Shown piece after piece: positions 9,859 to 19,496 of a DNA stretch of 55,307 nucleotides (its first letter is position 1; each line of letters begins with the position of its first letter). The notes beneath the pieces are model-generated. The model did no database searches. It was not told the DNA's origin and saw nothing but the letters and a program-made list of their open reading frames with translations. The position numbers and the translations under genes are program-made. Source of the DNA: Zoogloeaceae bacterium (GTDB taxonomy: Bacteria > Pseudomonadota > Gammaproteobacteria > Burkholderiales > Rhodocyclaceae); assembly GCA_031276915.1 (NCBI GenBank), contig JAISME010000022.1, positions 1 to 55,307 of the forward strand, written 5' to 3'.

Positions 9859-10044
9859 CCGGTTCTCCTTTCCAAGGTTCAGGGTTCTACATCAATGGGA
9901 ACTGCAGTCAAACATTGCCGCGCATTATATGCAAGGTTCTGGCTGGATCCGGCATCCGCCCGGCGCCTCGATCACGGAGACCAACGCTTCAACGCTTGCG
10001 CCGTGGCCTTCGCGGTTGCTCCTGCCCGAGTCCGGCGAAACCCG

Positions 10045-10062
10045 TCAGACGTTGAACGGGAA
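10045..10062. repeat. att site (distal copy of the ychF 3' end)
   Basis: TCAGACGTTGAACGGGAA vs TCAGACGTTGAACAGGAA at 31189-31206 (17/18 match). Confidence 0.9.
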
Positions 10063-10298
10063 GTCTGGCCGGAAATTATTTGTAGAAGCGTCCCTCACCT
10101 TGTTTTTCCTTATCTTGTAGTCACTTCCATATACACTTTGGCCGCTGCTACCCGGAGCGAGGCCCACGCATCGTTTGCCTGTCCCGCATCGCTGCGTCGG
10201 ATTTTTTGCTGCAAAAATTTCCTTCTGGGAATCCGTGACCGTGACCGGCCCGCCGTCTGAAACTGCCTGCATCCAATCGAAATGCAGGGGTGAAGACG

Positions 10299-10511
10299 AT
10301 GAAGATTTTACGCAAGAAAGCGGTCTGCGAGAAACTGGGCGGCATTAGTGAAGTGACCCTCTGGCGCACCTGCCGCGCTGATCCGACATTCCCGGTATCC
10401 ATCCAGATCAACAAAGGCGTAGTCGGCTGGCTTGAGCACGAGATTGATGCGTGGCTCGAACAGAAGGCCGCTACCGCCCGCGCTGCCAGCAACAACGCTG
10501 TCTATCCCTGA
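10299..10511 (+). CDS. AlpA-family regulator / probable excisionase
   Basis: ILRKKAVCEKLGGISEVTLWR...FP...VGWLEHEIDAWL. Confidence 0.9.
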   Translation: MKILRKKAVCEKLGGISEVTLWRTCRADPTFPVSIQINKGVVGWLEHEIDAWLEQKAATARAASNNAVYP

Positions 10512-10549
10512 CCGCCGCGATTCCGCAGGCCAAGGTTCAGGGTTCGACG

Positions 10550-11464
10550 ATGCGCGGCTTGGGCAACTTGCTGGATGCCGGCGTGGCAGAAGTCACGCCC
10601 AAGCGCGATCCGCTGGCGTGGATCAAGCAGAAAGCCGCTGAGGTAGCAGAGCAGGCGGAGCAGCGGGCAGCAAATGAACCCCGCCAAATGTTTTTGCCCG
10701 GCTTCGATATTGGAGCCTTTCCAAACCATCTGAACAGATCGAGCCTCATTGCTCCCATCGCACGAGGGAAACGCAAATTCCATCGGCAAGCTGTGATGGT
10801 GACACGGCGGGACTGCGTGCTGGAGTACACAGGGGAGCAACTAGACGAAGCAGACGGCGACCTCATCATGGCATTGATTGCCTTCGCCCAGCCGTTCCGC
10901 TTGGGCACATCAGTGCCGCTCAACCGTGCCGCGCTGTTGCGCAGGCTCAAGCGCAGCACGGGCAAGCACGATTACGAATGGCTACATCGCCGTATCAAGG
11001 CGCTGACAGAGGCCACACTGTTCCTTGAGGCCAAGAAGCCGGACGGCTCGACCCGGTACAGCATCGGCAAAACGGTGTCTTTCCGCATCATCGCGGCCTT
11101 CAGCTACGACGACGAGGCCGAGACGTACAGCTACAGCCTAGATCCCCGCTGGGTAGAGATTTTCGGCAACCGGGAATACAGCTTGATCGACTGGGACAAG
11201 CGGATGCAGATCGGGCGCAATCAGGACATGGCCAAGACATTGCAGCGGCTGGTGGCCACGTCCTCTGACCCAGTGCAGCGGTATGCACTGGACTGGCTCA
11301 AGGGCAAGATGGAATACAGCGGGCGGATGCGTGATTTCCACGACGCTTTAGCCCGCGCTGTGCGCGAACTGGAGCGGCTTGAGATCATCACGGCCCACAA
11401 GATCGAGGACAGCACACGAGGCAACCCGCAGCTTGCTCTGTGGCTTCCGGAAGCAGTGGCATAG
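10550..11464 (+). CDS. TrfA-like replication initiator
   Basis: FPNHLNRSSLIA, LEYTGEQLDEADGDL motifs; followed by iterons; start uncertain. Confidence 0.8.
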   Translation: MRGLGNLLDAGVAEVTPKRDPLAWIKQKAAEVAEQAEQRAANEPRQMFLPGFDIGAFPNHLNRSSLIAPIARGKRKFHRQAVMVTRRDCVLEYTGEQLDEADGDLIMALIAFAQPFRLGTSVPLNRAALLRRLKRSTGKHDYEWLHRRIKALTEATLFLEAKKPDGSTRYSIGKTVSFRIIAAFSYDDEAETYSYSLDPRWVEIFGNREYSLIDWDKRMQIGRNQDMAKTLQRLVATSSDPVQRYALDWLKGKMEYSGRMRDFHDALARAVRELERLEIITAHKIEDSTRGNPQLALWLPEAVA

Positions 11465-11502
11465 CATTCCACCCAAGCGCCCAAAAAATGGGACGTTTTT
11501 CA

Positions 11503-11682
11503 TCGGGATAGCGTCGCGCCCTCGTCGGGATAGCATCGCGCCTTATCGGGATGGCGTCGCGCTTTATCGGGATAGCGTCGCGCATCCCGTTTATAAGCAA
11601 CTGATTTAATTGAATAAAAACGGCATTTTTTCGCTTCTACTTTTCTTCTACCCTTCTTCTACCAGCAGAGAACTGTGGATAA
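11503..11682 (+). promoter_or_regulatory. Iteron-type oriV: four 17-bp iterons, an AT-rich tract and a DnaA box
   Basis: Consensus TCGGGATAGCGTCGCGC at 11503, 11525, 11546, 11567; AT-rich 11590-11660 with TTCTAC x3; TGTGGATAA at 11674. Confidence 0.85.
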
Positions 11683-11700
11683 CTCGCAAGCGAGTTCCCC

Positions 11701-12421
11701 ACAGCCTTCGCTCCCGCTGGTCGCTGCGCGTCCGCCCGTGGACAACCTGCCCGCCCAGCGCAAGGCTATGGACGGCCCGCCGTCGGCGGGTACGCAGGTA
11801 TGCCCACCGGCTCCCTTGCCGGGGCTACTCGTCATTCAAAGAATGACAGGGGTTACTTGGCGTCGGCTGTTTTCAAATATGCCTCCGGCGGCCCTGCCGG
11901 GGGCCACTCGCCGCCGTGAGGCTCGGGGAGCAGGGGTGGCGGGCTTCGCCCTTCGTCCCTGCCCCCACTCGCTCAGGCTGACCGCTACGGTTCAGCGTCA
12001 AGGGGCCGTGTCCTCGCCCTTCGGGCTGCGGGCCGCACCAACCCCTTGACCCTGCCCCTCCGCTGAAACACCTCAGAAAAGCCCGGAAGCGCACGATATG
12101 GCGTTCTCTTGGTGAAAGCCATGCCAACCCACTACCTGCGCAGAATTGATTGTCGTAGGCCGTTTACGACTGTTTCCCAGCGGAGCCGGTCGGCAACGCG
12201 GGAATGCGCAGCTTTCCGCGCTTGTCGGCTGGCCGACAACGAGCGCAGCGAGGCGTCAGCAAGTAGCCCATCAGGCATTTGAAAAATGCGAGTAGCCCCG
12301 GCAAGGGAGCCGGTGGGCATACCTGCGTACCCGCCGACGGCGGGCCGTCCATAGCCTTGCGCTGTGGGCGGGCAGGTTGTCCACGGGCGGACGCGCAGCG
12401 ACCAGCGGGAGCGAAGGCTGT
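11701..12421. repeat. ~130-bp near-perfect inverted repeat pair (11701-11831 / 12289-12421)
   Basis: Arms identical except for a 2-bp indel. Confidence 0.9.
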
Positions 12422-12427
12422 TTCCTC

Positions 12428-12483
12428 TTGCCCCTTCATCGCTGTTACGTTATCATAACGTAACACGTTACGATGTTACGATA
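12428..12483 (+). promoter_or_regulatory. kfrA promoter with palindromic operator
   Basis: TTGCCC-17bp-TATCAT overlapped by TGTTACGTTAT-C-ATAACGTAACA, plus two GTTACGAT direct copies. Confidence 0.7.
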
Positions 12484-12497
12484 CAAAGGAGGTAGCC

Positions 12498-13136
12498 ATG
12501 CAGCAGGTCGTCACTCAACAGGCGGTTGATGCCGCCGCTGATGCCATCGTCGCCGCAGGTGGCAAGCCCACCTTCCGGCTGATCCAGCAGCGGGTCGGCG
12601 GATCGTTCACCACGCTCAAGCCGATGCTGGCTGACTGGGAAGCCCGGCGCGAGAAAGGCGAAGAGGCTGCCGTAGAAGTGCCGGACGCCCTGTTGGCACG
12701 CGGGGCAGAACTCGTGCGCAGCATCTACGCCGAGGTAGCCCAGCAGGCGCGGGTGGAGTCCGAGGCAGTGCGCAAGGATGCGGAGGCCCGCGTGAGCGCA
12801 ATGAAGGCCGAACTGGCCGAGGCGACCGAAGAAATCGCCCGACTGGAAGCGCAGGACGCTGTACGCGCCGATGAGTTTGCCGCGCTGCTCGAGGCAAATC
12901 GGGCACTGGAATTGAAGGTTGGCCGTCTGGAAGAGCGTGCCGAGCACGCAACACGCATGGAAGGCGAACTGATGGAAGCCCGTGCTGCACTCGCCAAAGC
13001 GGAGCAGCAGGTGATCGACCTGCAAGGGCAGCTTGCCAAGGCTGGCGATGTTCAGCGGCAGCTTGCCAGCCTCGAAGAGCGGCTGGCAGCGGCTGGCCTT
13101 GCGCCGAAGGGTGTCAAGAAAAACAGGAGCGAGTGA
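12498..13136 (+). CDS. KfrA-like DNA-binding coiled-coil protein
   Basis: VDAAADAIVAAGGKPT..IQQRVGGSFTT..L..W N-domain followed by a long coiled coil. Confidence 0.85.
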   Translation: MQQVVTQQAVDAAADAIVAAGGKPTFRLIQQRVGGSFTTLKPMLADWEARREKGEEAAVEVPDALLARGAELVRSIYAEVAQQARVESEAVRKDAEARVSAMKAELAEATEEIARLEAQDAVRADEFAALLEANRALELKVGRLEERAEHATRMEGELMEARAALAKAEQQVIDLQGQLAKAGDVQRQLASLEERLAAAGLAPKGVKKNRSE

Positions 13137-13357
13137 TGCCGACCGCCGCCGAATATCAGAAACTGGCCGACGAGCTTCGGCAGCTTGGTGCGGTGTTCAC
13201 TCAGGCAATCAATCTGGGCGATCAGGAACTTGCATTGTGGGCAGCCGGGGCGCTGTCGAATGCTGCCGCCCAGCCAGCCTGGTGGGCGCGTGAGGCTGCC
13301 GAAAACGAAGCGGCGGCTGTTGCCGCCGCCGCCATCATGAAAGCCCGGCAGGGGTAG
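13133..13357 (+). CDS. Hypothetical protein (74 aa)
   Basis: Overlaps the kfrA stop; GGAG RBS. Confidence 0.6.
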   Translation: MMPTAAEYQKLADELRQLGAVFTQAINLGDQELALWAAGALSNAAAQPAWWAREAAENEAAAVAAAAIMKARQG

Positions 13358-13359
13358 GC

Positions 13360-13704
13360 TTACTGCTCCTCCATCACCTCCTGCTCGATCCGCATCTGGA
13401 GCATCGAGATGTATGCCAGCAGCGTGATTTTCTCGACGAGATCAAATCGGTCGCAGTAGATGACCAGTTCCTCGCGGCGGTATTCCCGCTGCCGTCGGCA
13501 ACTAGACGGAATCAGCACGATCCGAGGTTCTGGCCTGCGTTTTCGGGGCGCGAACGGCAGCAACTCCAAGATCACGCCGGGGCACGAGCGCATCGCCTGG
13601 ACAAACCTCTGCCGTTCTTCCTTCTCCATGCAGAGACGCTCCATTACTTCAGGGTGCAGAAACACAAACATGTTGCCTCCTTCCTCCGCTATTGGATGCC
13701 GCAC
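13360..13704 (-). CDS. Hypothetical protein
   Basis: ORF at the end of the minus-strand operon; likely internal ATG after GGAGG. Confidence 0.5.
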   Translation of the reverse strand: MRHPIAEEGGNMFVFLHPEVMERLCMEKEERQRFVQAMRSCPGVILELLPFAPRKRRPEPRIVLIPSSCRRQREYRREELVIYCDRFDLVEKITLLAYISMLQMRIEQEVMEEQ

Positions 13705-13978
13705 GACATGTCGCCGCGCTACGCCCGCTCACGTGCTGCGGCACTCCGCCTGCGCCTTCGCCTGCCGGTTTTCGCGGCAGCAGGACGCAGGTGGCCGGGC
13801 GGTCAGGCAGCTCTTCGCATTCCAGCGTTGCTTGCTGCATCGGGGTGGCCACAGCCCAGAGCGCAGCGTTGGGTGCGGCAGGCTCGTTGTCAAGCAAGGG
13901 GACGGGCATCTGGGCGCAGGCGATGCTGGAAAACGCGACCGCTGCAATTGCGGGGAGGTATTTGCTACCCATGGGCAT
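13649..13978 (-). CDS. Small exported protein
   Basis: Signal-peptide-like MPMGSKYLPAIAAVAFSSIACA. Confidence 0.45.
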   Translation of the reverse strand: MPMGSKYLPAIAAVAFSSIACAQMPVPLLDNEPAAPNAALWAVATPMQQATLECEELPDRPATCVLLPRKPAGEGAGGVPQHVSGRSAATCRAASNSGGRRQHVCVSAP

Positions 13979-14159
13979 GATGGCTTCCGCTCCTGATGAT
14001 GGTGTTATGTGATGCTCGGACACGGGCAGGCTTCGTTCTCGATGGTTGCGTGGCCCGCCGGTCTAGCCACAAGTCAACCAACTCGGCGATAACCTGATCG
14101 TGCTCGCGCAACCACGACACGTGCAGCACGAGATAGCTGTCAGCGGTTTTCGTTTTCAT
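13965..14159 (-). CDS. Hypothetical protein (64 aa)
   Basis: Fills the operon gap, overlapping both neighbours. Confidence 0.4.
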   Translation of the reverse strand: MKTKTADSYLVLHVSWLREHDQVIAELVDLWLDRRATQPSRTKPARVRASHNTIIRSGSHHAHG

Positions 14160-14388
14160 AGGTGGGCCTTATGAGGTATCGGAACAGGAGCCAGACCAGC
14201 GGCGTCAGGTAGAGGATTGGAACCGCGATAGCGAGCACCACGGGCGCGACCAGATCATGCAGCGCCGGGTCATCCAGTTGGCGGTACTGGTAGGCGAAGG
14301 CGACCAGGGACGCGATGACGCATAGCACCCGCGTGATGCGCTCACGGCCAAGGTGCAGCAGGGAATTACGCAGGAAAGCGGCCATCAT
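14140..14388 (-). CDS. Small two-TM membrane protein
   Basis: MMAAFLRN... two hydrophobic segments; ATGA overlap with the upstream stop. Confidence 0.6.
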   Translation of the reverse strand: MMAAFLRNSLLHLGRERITRVLCVIASLVAFAYQYRQLDDPALHDLVAPVVLAIAVPILYLTPLVWLLFRYLIRPTYENENR

Positions 14389-14990
14389 TGCACCCCCCGC
14401 ACCCACAGCATTTCCCGCACGTAGCGCCCGAAAGCGCCCGGCACAAACAGGGTGCCCGTGCGAACCTGCCACGCCCGATAACTCCAGCGGATCGCATGGA
14501 TGGAGAATGGCAGGCACATGCACAGCACGCTCAGGGCAACCATCAGCGGCGCGCCGACTGCCAGTTGCCACGCTGCCATCAAAAAGACGAGGGCAACCAC
14601 CACCCAATAGGCGCGGGATTTGCGCAGATGGCTGGTGATGAGCTTGTCGCGCTCAGGGTCGCCGAGAAACGCCAACCGTTGCTTGCCGCGTGTCTCGGAT
14701 CGTCCCTGCACGATGTGGCGAATCTCTGCCGGGTCTTGCGGGGCCAGTACGCCGAACCCACATTTGGCGGAGCACTCCCACGGATAAAGCGCCTTTTCGT
14801 CCGGTTGGGCATCGGCGGGCAGGTGCATGACACCGCGCCCGCACTCGGGACATTGAGGATGGCGCAGCGTGCGCCACAGGTCACGGATGTAGCCGTTGTT
14901 CGCCCGGAGTTGTCGCCAGCCGAGGATCGACAGGGGCATATCGACGAACGTGAATTTGGCTGCGCGTTTCGCGCCGTTCTTGAGATTCAT
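14385..14990 (-). CDS. TraX/IcmV-like membrane protein with a zinc-ribbon insert
   Basis: Two C-terminal TM helices followed by WSYRAWQVR; CPEC/CSAKC; close to dotA/traY. Confidence 0.6.
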   Translation of the reverse strand: MNLKNGAKRAAKFTFVDMPLSILGWRQLRANNGYIRDLWRTLRHPQCPECGRGVMHLPADAQPDEKALYPWECSAKCGFGVLAPQDPAEIRHIVQGRSETRGKQRLAFLGDPERDKLITSHLRKSRAYWVVVALVFLMAAWQLAVGAPLMVALSVLCMCLPFSIHAIRWSYRAWQVRTGTLFVPGAFGRYVREMLWVRGVQ

Positions 14991-15100
14991 CCGAAAGCCC
15001 TCCGGGGGTGTGTGCGGCGTTTGCGCTGGGCCAGCACGGCGTCTGCAACTGCGAGCAGGACGGCCAGCACAGCGGCATCGGGAAACAAGGTATGGGTCAT
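14987..15100 (-). CDS. 37-aa hydrophobic peptide (MTHTLFPDAAVLAVLLAVADAVLAQRKRRTHPRRAFG)
   Basis: AAGGAAGGAG RBS; ATGA overlap with the next gene; below the ORF-track cutoff. Confidence 0.6.
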   Translation of the reverse strand: MTHTLFPDAAVLAVLLAVADAVLAQRKRRTHPRRAFG

Positions 15101-15114
15101 CTACGGCTCCTTCC

Positions 15115-15639
15115 TTATGGACTGGGGGACTGGTCTGTTTCCGCCGTCTTCTTGGCGTGGTGGAGAACCTGATCCCACCATCCACGAAGCTGGTCAGCGG
15201 TTGGGCGGGCGCGGGAACGCAGGACGCTGTTGTCCTGCGGCATCGAGTCGATCCAGCCCTTGCCGTGCATGTACTCGGCACGCTTGGCGAGATCGAGCAT
15301 CATCCGGGTGCGCATCTCCTGCGGTGCGTCCTGGAGCACCTCCAGCGCTGAATCGAGGGCGCACAGCAGGCTGTAGAACGCCTTGCTCCATTTGTGGGTC
15401 TGCTGGCCCGCATGGCGAACGCGCTCCAGCAGCTCGTCGCGGTCGCGGATAGCTTCGTCACGCTCGGCGGTCAGCCGATCAACGAGCGGCTCCCACTGTT
15501 CTCTGACCTCTTTGTGCCAACGTGCGACGACATCGTTGTGGCCGTCGGCATATCCAGCAGCGTGCCCTTGCTCATATCCGCGCCGCAGTCCGATGACATG
15601 ACCGTTCGCCTCGGCGGTGTAGTCGTACTGATAGCTCAT
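15115..15639 (-). CDS. Hypothetical coiled-coil protein
   Basis: GGAGG RBS; ATGA overlap with the dotA/traY stop. Confidence 0.7.
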   Translation of the reverse strand: MSYQYDYTAEANGHVIGLRRGYEQGHAAGYADGHNDVVARWHKEVREQWEPLVDRLTAERDEAIRDRDELLERVRHAGQQTHKWSKAFYSLLCALDSALEVLQDAPQEMRTRMMLDLAKRAEYMHGKGWIDSMPQDNSVLRSRARPTADQLRGWWDQVLHHAKKTAETDQSPSP

Positions 15640-18518
15640 GCCGGTTGTCCTCCATCAGCGGCTGTGCCGCCGTGATTGATAACTGTGGTGCTGCTATCAG
15701 CCGTGCTGGTAGGCGGCGGGGTATAGCGGGTGTCGTAATGCAGAGCGGGAGCGTTCCCGCCATCGTCACTGTCTGCGGTATCCGCCGAAACTGAACTGAT
15801 GGCACCCGCCGACCCAAGGGCAAGCACAGCGCTGCTGGCTGTTTCCCCAGTGGATGCAGGGCGTGCAGCAGCAGATCGCGGGGCGTCTTTCACTTCGACG
15901 AATTCCGCGTCGGTGATGTCTTCGCTGTTACCCCAGCGACTGCCGGTAACGCCTTGCGATCCGGTATTGAGTGATGACCCGGCGCTGGCTGACGCTGCGG
16001 CAGTGCTGCGCGTTGGCCCACTGGGCGCTGCGGAGCCGCTTGATGCAGACGTGGCAGGTGCGTCGTGCTGCTGCGGCGCAACCCCTTGTCCGTTGGCACT
16101 CAACAGGCGCGGATAGTTGCCACCACCGCTGCGGCCTCCGCCGCCGCCAGATGGGTTGCGTGGGCCACCCAGGCTGCCAGTTCCACCGTGATTGTCATTC
16201 AGGCGGCGAGATTTGTGATCGGTATCCACAGTGGGCTTGGGCGAAGCTCCACCCTGCAACGCGCTTGGGCCGTATTTTTCCGAGTTGGCCCGCATCTGCT
16301 CGGTGGCCTGGGTTTCGCCCATAGGGCTGATGCCTGCGCCGATCCATCGCAGCACGGTGTCCGGCAGGGTCTGCGACAGCCCGAAAATCATGTACATCGT
16401 TGGCAACAACACGAACCCATAGACGATGAGCCAGTTCTTCCACTGCAAAAATTCAATGAACCAGCCCAGCGATTCCGCCGAGGTGACGTTGGCGTGATAC
16501 ATCGACCAAAAAGCTTTGCTGATGTACCCGACCACGGGATTGGCAACCATCATCGCGGCGAACAGGCCGGTGATGATGAGCGCCGGACGGATGAAGAGCG
16601 ACAGCAGGAGCAGATAGCCTTGCGTCTGACTGCCGACGAAGGTGCGGTCAGGCGTCATGTGCATGACAGCCCACAGCGGTGCGGCAATGATCGACTGGAG
16701 TACCGCCATCAGCCAGCCCACCACTGCGATCATGAAGATGGTGTAGGGCAGGCTCGGCAGGAACACGCCGAAATAGAACGCCAGCCGCCCGAGCCACGTT
16801 GTGACTTCGGCCAGCGGGGTCAGGAAGTTATAAATGACCCACTGCAAGAACGTATCGGCCAACGGGGTGGCATCGACCTTGGTGCCAAGGAAGCTCACGC
16901 TGCCCACTCCCGCCGCGATGGCTTTCAGACCAGACAGCGAGGTGTGAACCAGCCGGTCGGCGGCAAAGCCCGTCGATTGCAGCAGCGCGAGCACATCGCC
17001 AGTGGTTTTGATACGAGCAATGGCGTCCACGTCGCCATCGGTGCCGATCATCGTTGCGGTCACACGCTCCATGCCCCACTGAATGAAGCCCGACATGAAG
17101 CTGTCACCACGGCTACCAAGCGTGTCGATGCTGAGGTCATCCAGGCTGGCCGGAATCAAATTGGACTTGAGATCGGCGGCCCGTGGCGTGTCTGGTGTGC
17201 TGTAGCTTGCACCGCTCACGGATTTGCTGATGATGGTGTTGTAGACCGTGGTATAGCTGTTGGCAGCCAGCGATGAATGCGGCCCTTGCGGCAGCGTGTT
17301 GAGGTTCGGTGCGGTAGCCTGCGCAACGCTTTCAGCATAGATGCGGCCCAGCTCTTCCTTGATACCGCCAAGGCGCTGATAGAAGCCGCCTGCCATTGCC
17401 CAGCCGTCCGCCGTGATGTCATTCACGTATTGCTGCATGATCGTTTTCAGGGTGCTATCCGCCGCGATCTGTGCGGTCAGGCTGGCCGTCAGAGTGCTCT
17501 GGGCTTGATTGACGATCTGGTTGAAGCGGTCGCTCTTGACGTTCTCCCAGCCGGATTCGTTGATGGTCGCGGGCCACTCGCCAACCCACGCCTCAATGTC
17601 GGTCATCACCTTGTTGACCGCCGCAGCCTTGGCATTCAGTGCTGCCACACGGACTGCGCTCATCGCCGCAGCGTTATCCTGAATCTTGGCCGGATCGAAG
17701 ATCGTTGCCGCCGACGTGGTGGTTTCAGCGGCGATGGCAGCCGGAGCCGAATAGCTATAGACCTTCACCGATCCGCAAAGCGGGACACCACCGCCCAGAT
17801 TGGTGACGGCATTTCGATCCTTCGCCTGATAGATCATTGCCTTTTTGCTGCCGCCTTCGGCAATGGTCTGGTCAGGTGTTCCGGCTGCGCTGACGTTTGG
17901 CGTGCCGCCGCCGAAGCCAGAGAATGAGGCGTTCACGGTGCGCTTGCACCACGCTACGGCCAGGTATTCCTGCGCAAACTGGCGGATGTCGTAGAGCGGA
18001 TAGTTCGGGTTCGGCTTTGCGCCGCTTCCGAGTCCCATCTGGGCACTGGTCGCAGTCAGTGCGCCGTTGATGATCCCGTTTTCCGTACCGATCTTGAACA
18101 GGGTGTTGGCGAAGCCCACACCCCACAACGCAAACATCATCACGATGAGCTGAATGAAGCTGTAGCCGCTAGTGGTCGGCAGCAGCACACTGCCGCCAGA
18201 AACGATCCGCACGGGCGTCCAGAGTGACGACCAGTTGCGGCCCATCGCTTCGCCCTCGTTGGCCGTGTTGGTCACGCCCATGATGGCGACGTAGCTGACG
18301 ATCAGGCTGGCGACAACCAGCAGGCCGGAGTTGAAGACCGAGAAGATCGAAGCCATCACGCTGACGCTGGCATCAACAGTATCGGGATCGGCCCCCTGCG
18401 TCAGTTTTGAAATGACACCGCCGAAGATCCACTCAAGGATTCCGACGCTGACATCAGTGCAAGCGCCTGCGGCGGAATCGCAGGGCGAAAAGGGTATGGA
18501 TGGATCGGCGGCTGCCAT
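15636..18518 (-). CDS. DotA/TraY-family type IVB secretion membrane protein
   Basis: TANEGEAMGRNWSSLWTPVRIVSG, LPSLPY, IAAPLWAVMH, GYLLLLSLFIRPAL, LPDTVLRWIG motifs; low-complexity tail. Confidence 0.9.
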   Translation of the reverse strand: MAAADPSIPFSPCDSAAGACTDVSVGILEWIFGGVISKLTQGADPDTVDASVSVMASIFSVFNSGLLVVASLIVSYVAIMGVTNTANEGEAMGRNWSSLWTPVRIVSGGSVLLPTTSGYSFIQLIVMMFALWGVGFANTLFKIGTENGIINGALTATSAQMGLGSGAKPNPNYPLYDIRQFAQEYLAVAWCKRTVNASFSGFGGGTPNVSAAGTPDQTIAEGGSKKAMIYQAKDRNAVTNLGGGVPLCGSVKVYSYSAPAAIAAETTTSAATIFDPAKIQDNAAAMSAVRVAALNAKAAAVNKVMTDIEAWVGEWPATINESGWENVKSDRFNQIVNQAQSTLTASLTAQIAADSTLKTIMQQYVNDITADGWAMAGGFYQRLGGIKEELGRIYAESVAQATAPNLNTLPQGPHSSLAANSYTTVYNTIISKSVSGASYSTPDTPRAADLKSNLIPASLDDLSIDTLGSRGDSFMSGFIQWGMERVTATMIGTDGDVDAIARIKTTGDVLALLQSTGFAADRLVHTSLSGLKAIAAGVGSVSFLGTKVDATPLADTFLQWVIYNFLTPLAEVTTWLGRLAFYFGVFLPSLPYTIFMIAVVGWLMAVLQSIIAAPLWAVMHMTPDRTFVGSQTQGYLLLLSLFIRPALIITGLFAAMMVANPVVGYISKAFWSMYHANVTSAESLGWFIEFLQWKNWLIVYGFVLLPTMYMIFGLSQTLPDTVLRWIGAGISPMGETQATEQMRANSEKYGPSALQGGASPKPTVDTDHKSRRLNDNHGGTGSLGGPRNPSGGGGGRSGGGNYPRLLSANGQGVAPQQHDAPATSASSGSAAPSGPTRSTAAASASAGSSLNTGSQGVTGSRWGNSEDITDAEFVEVKDAPRSAAARPASTGETASSAVLALGSAGAISSVSADTADSDDGGNAPALHYDTRYTPPPTSTADSSTTVINHGGTAADGGQPA

Positions 18519-18992
18519 TTAGTGTGCTCCTTCCTGATAGCGGTTTTCCTGCATGCGCACGGCTGCCGGGCCGAACTCCACGTCCTCGTCATCGTCGTCG
18601 TCCGTGGGCTTGCGCCGCTTGCGAGCGGCTGCACGCTCAGTCAGCACCTCATCACCTCGTCGCTTGTATTTCTCGAATACCGCGCTGGGCCAAGTGCCAT
18701 CGCGGTCGCGCTGTTCCGCAGCTTCGAGCATGAGACCGAGCACGAAGCCGGGGTCGGCTTCCAGCAGTCCGGCAATCTGCGCCAGGCCGCCCACCGCATA
18801 CTTGCGCTGGTTGATGTAGGTTCGCCTTGCGGCCTTCTGCGCCCGGCGCTGAGCCTCCTTCAACTCTTCAAGCCGCTTTTTCTGTCGCGCCACCGTGGCT
18901 GCCAGAGCAGCTATTTCCCGCTCACGCTGCTCTGCCAGTTCGCTGGCCGGGCGGCGTCCCCGCCCCCGCTTCTGTTCCTCTGCCTGCTGCAC
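18519..18992 (-). CDS. Relaxosome accessory protein (TraD/MobS-like)
   Basis: RKYAVGGLAQIAGL motif; divergent from the MOBQ relaxase. Confidence 0.6.
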   Translation of the reverse strand: MQQAEEQKRGRGRRPASELAEQREREIAALAATVARQKKRLEELKEAQRRAQKAARRTYINQRKYAVGGLAQIAGLLEADPGFVLGLMLEAAEQRDRDGTWPSAVFEKYKRRGDEVLTERAAARKRRKPTDDDDDEDVEFGPAAVRMQENRYQEGAH

Positions 18993-18999
18993 GTTCTTT

Positions 19000-19490
19000 C
19001 TGCTCCATGTGGCATGTCTCAGATCGAACTATCAGTTAGCAATAGAGTTGCGTCAAGGTGTGCGAGCAATGAGGAAATATGGCCTATTCTCCATGTAAGA
19101 CGATGATCGAATCACTGCAATTGCAGGCGACACAAGCGCCTATGTCCCAATAATCACAGGGACTATAGTCCATTAAAGGCTACAAATTATTTTTGATGCT
19201 CGTCGCCTGCGAGCAATTGCGGACGTGCCGCCATCTAGTTTTCAACTTGCGGTCATGCCGCCAATAAATACTATTTTTTGAGGACAAAAACGCGCCTTGA
19301 CGGTATCATTTGCGTGTGTGTTGTGCGCCTCGCGTGGGGCCAAGATGGTGGTGGTTTTCATCTGTTGCGCCTGCCGCAACAGCGCAGTTACGCATCGCTA
19401 CGCGACGCCTGCGCAAGGGGCTGTGCCCCTTGACCCCCTTCACGCTGCTTTCCATAGGGGAGACGGTGACAACAGGTTTTCAATGGAGGT
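19000..19490. other. Probable oriT region
   Basis: Non-coding gap between divergent mob genes; several palindromes (TGCAATTGCA, GGACTATAGTCC); TTGTGCGCCTC at 19321 resembles a MOBQ nic site. Confidence 0.55.
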
Positions 19491-19496
19491 GGCGGC

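Noticed and set aside
10045..10272. ORF ending FPFNV, like YchF
   Set aside because: The similarity comes only from the duplicated att core.
11503..11583. Four direct repeats as a CRISPR array
   Set aside because: The 21-22 bp period has no spacers and follows a rep gene, which indicates iterons.
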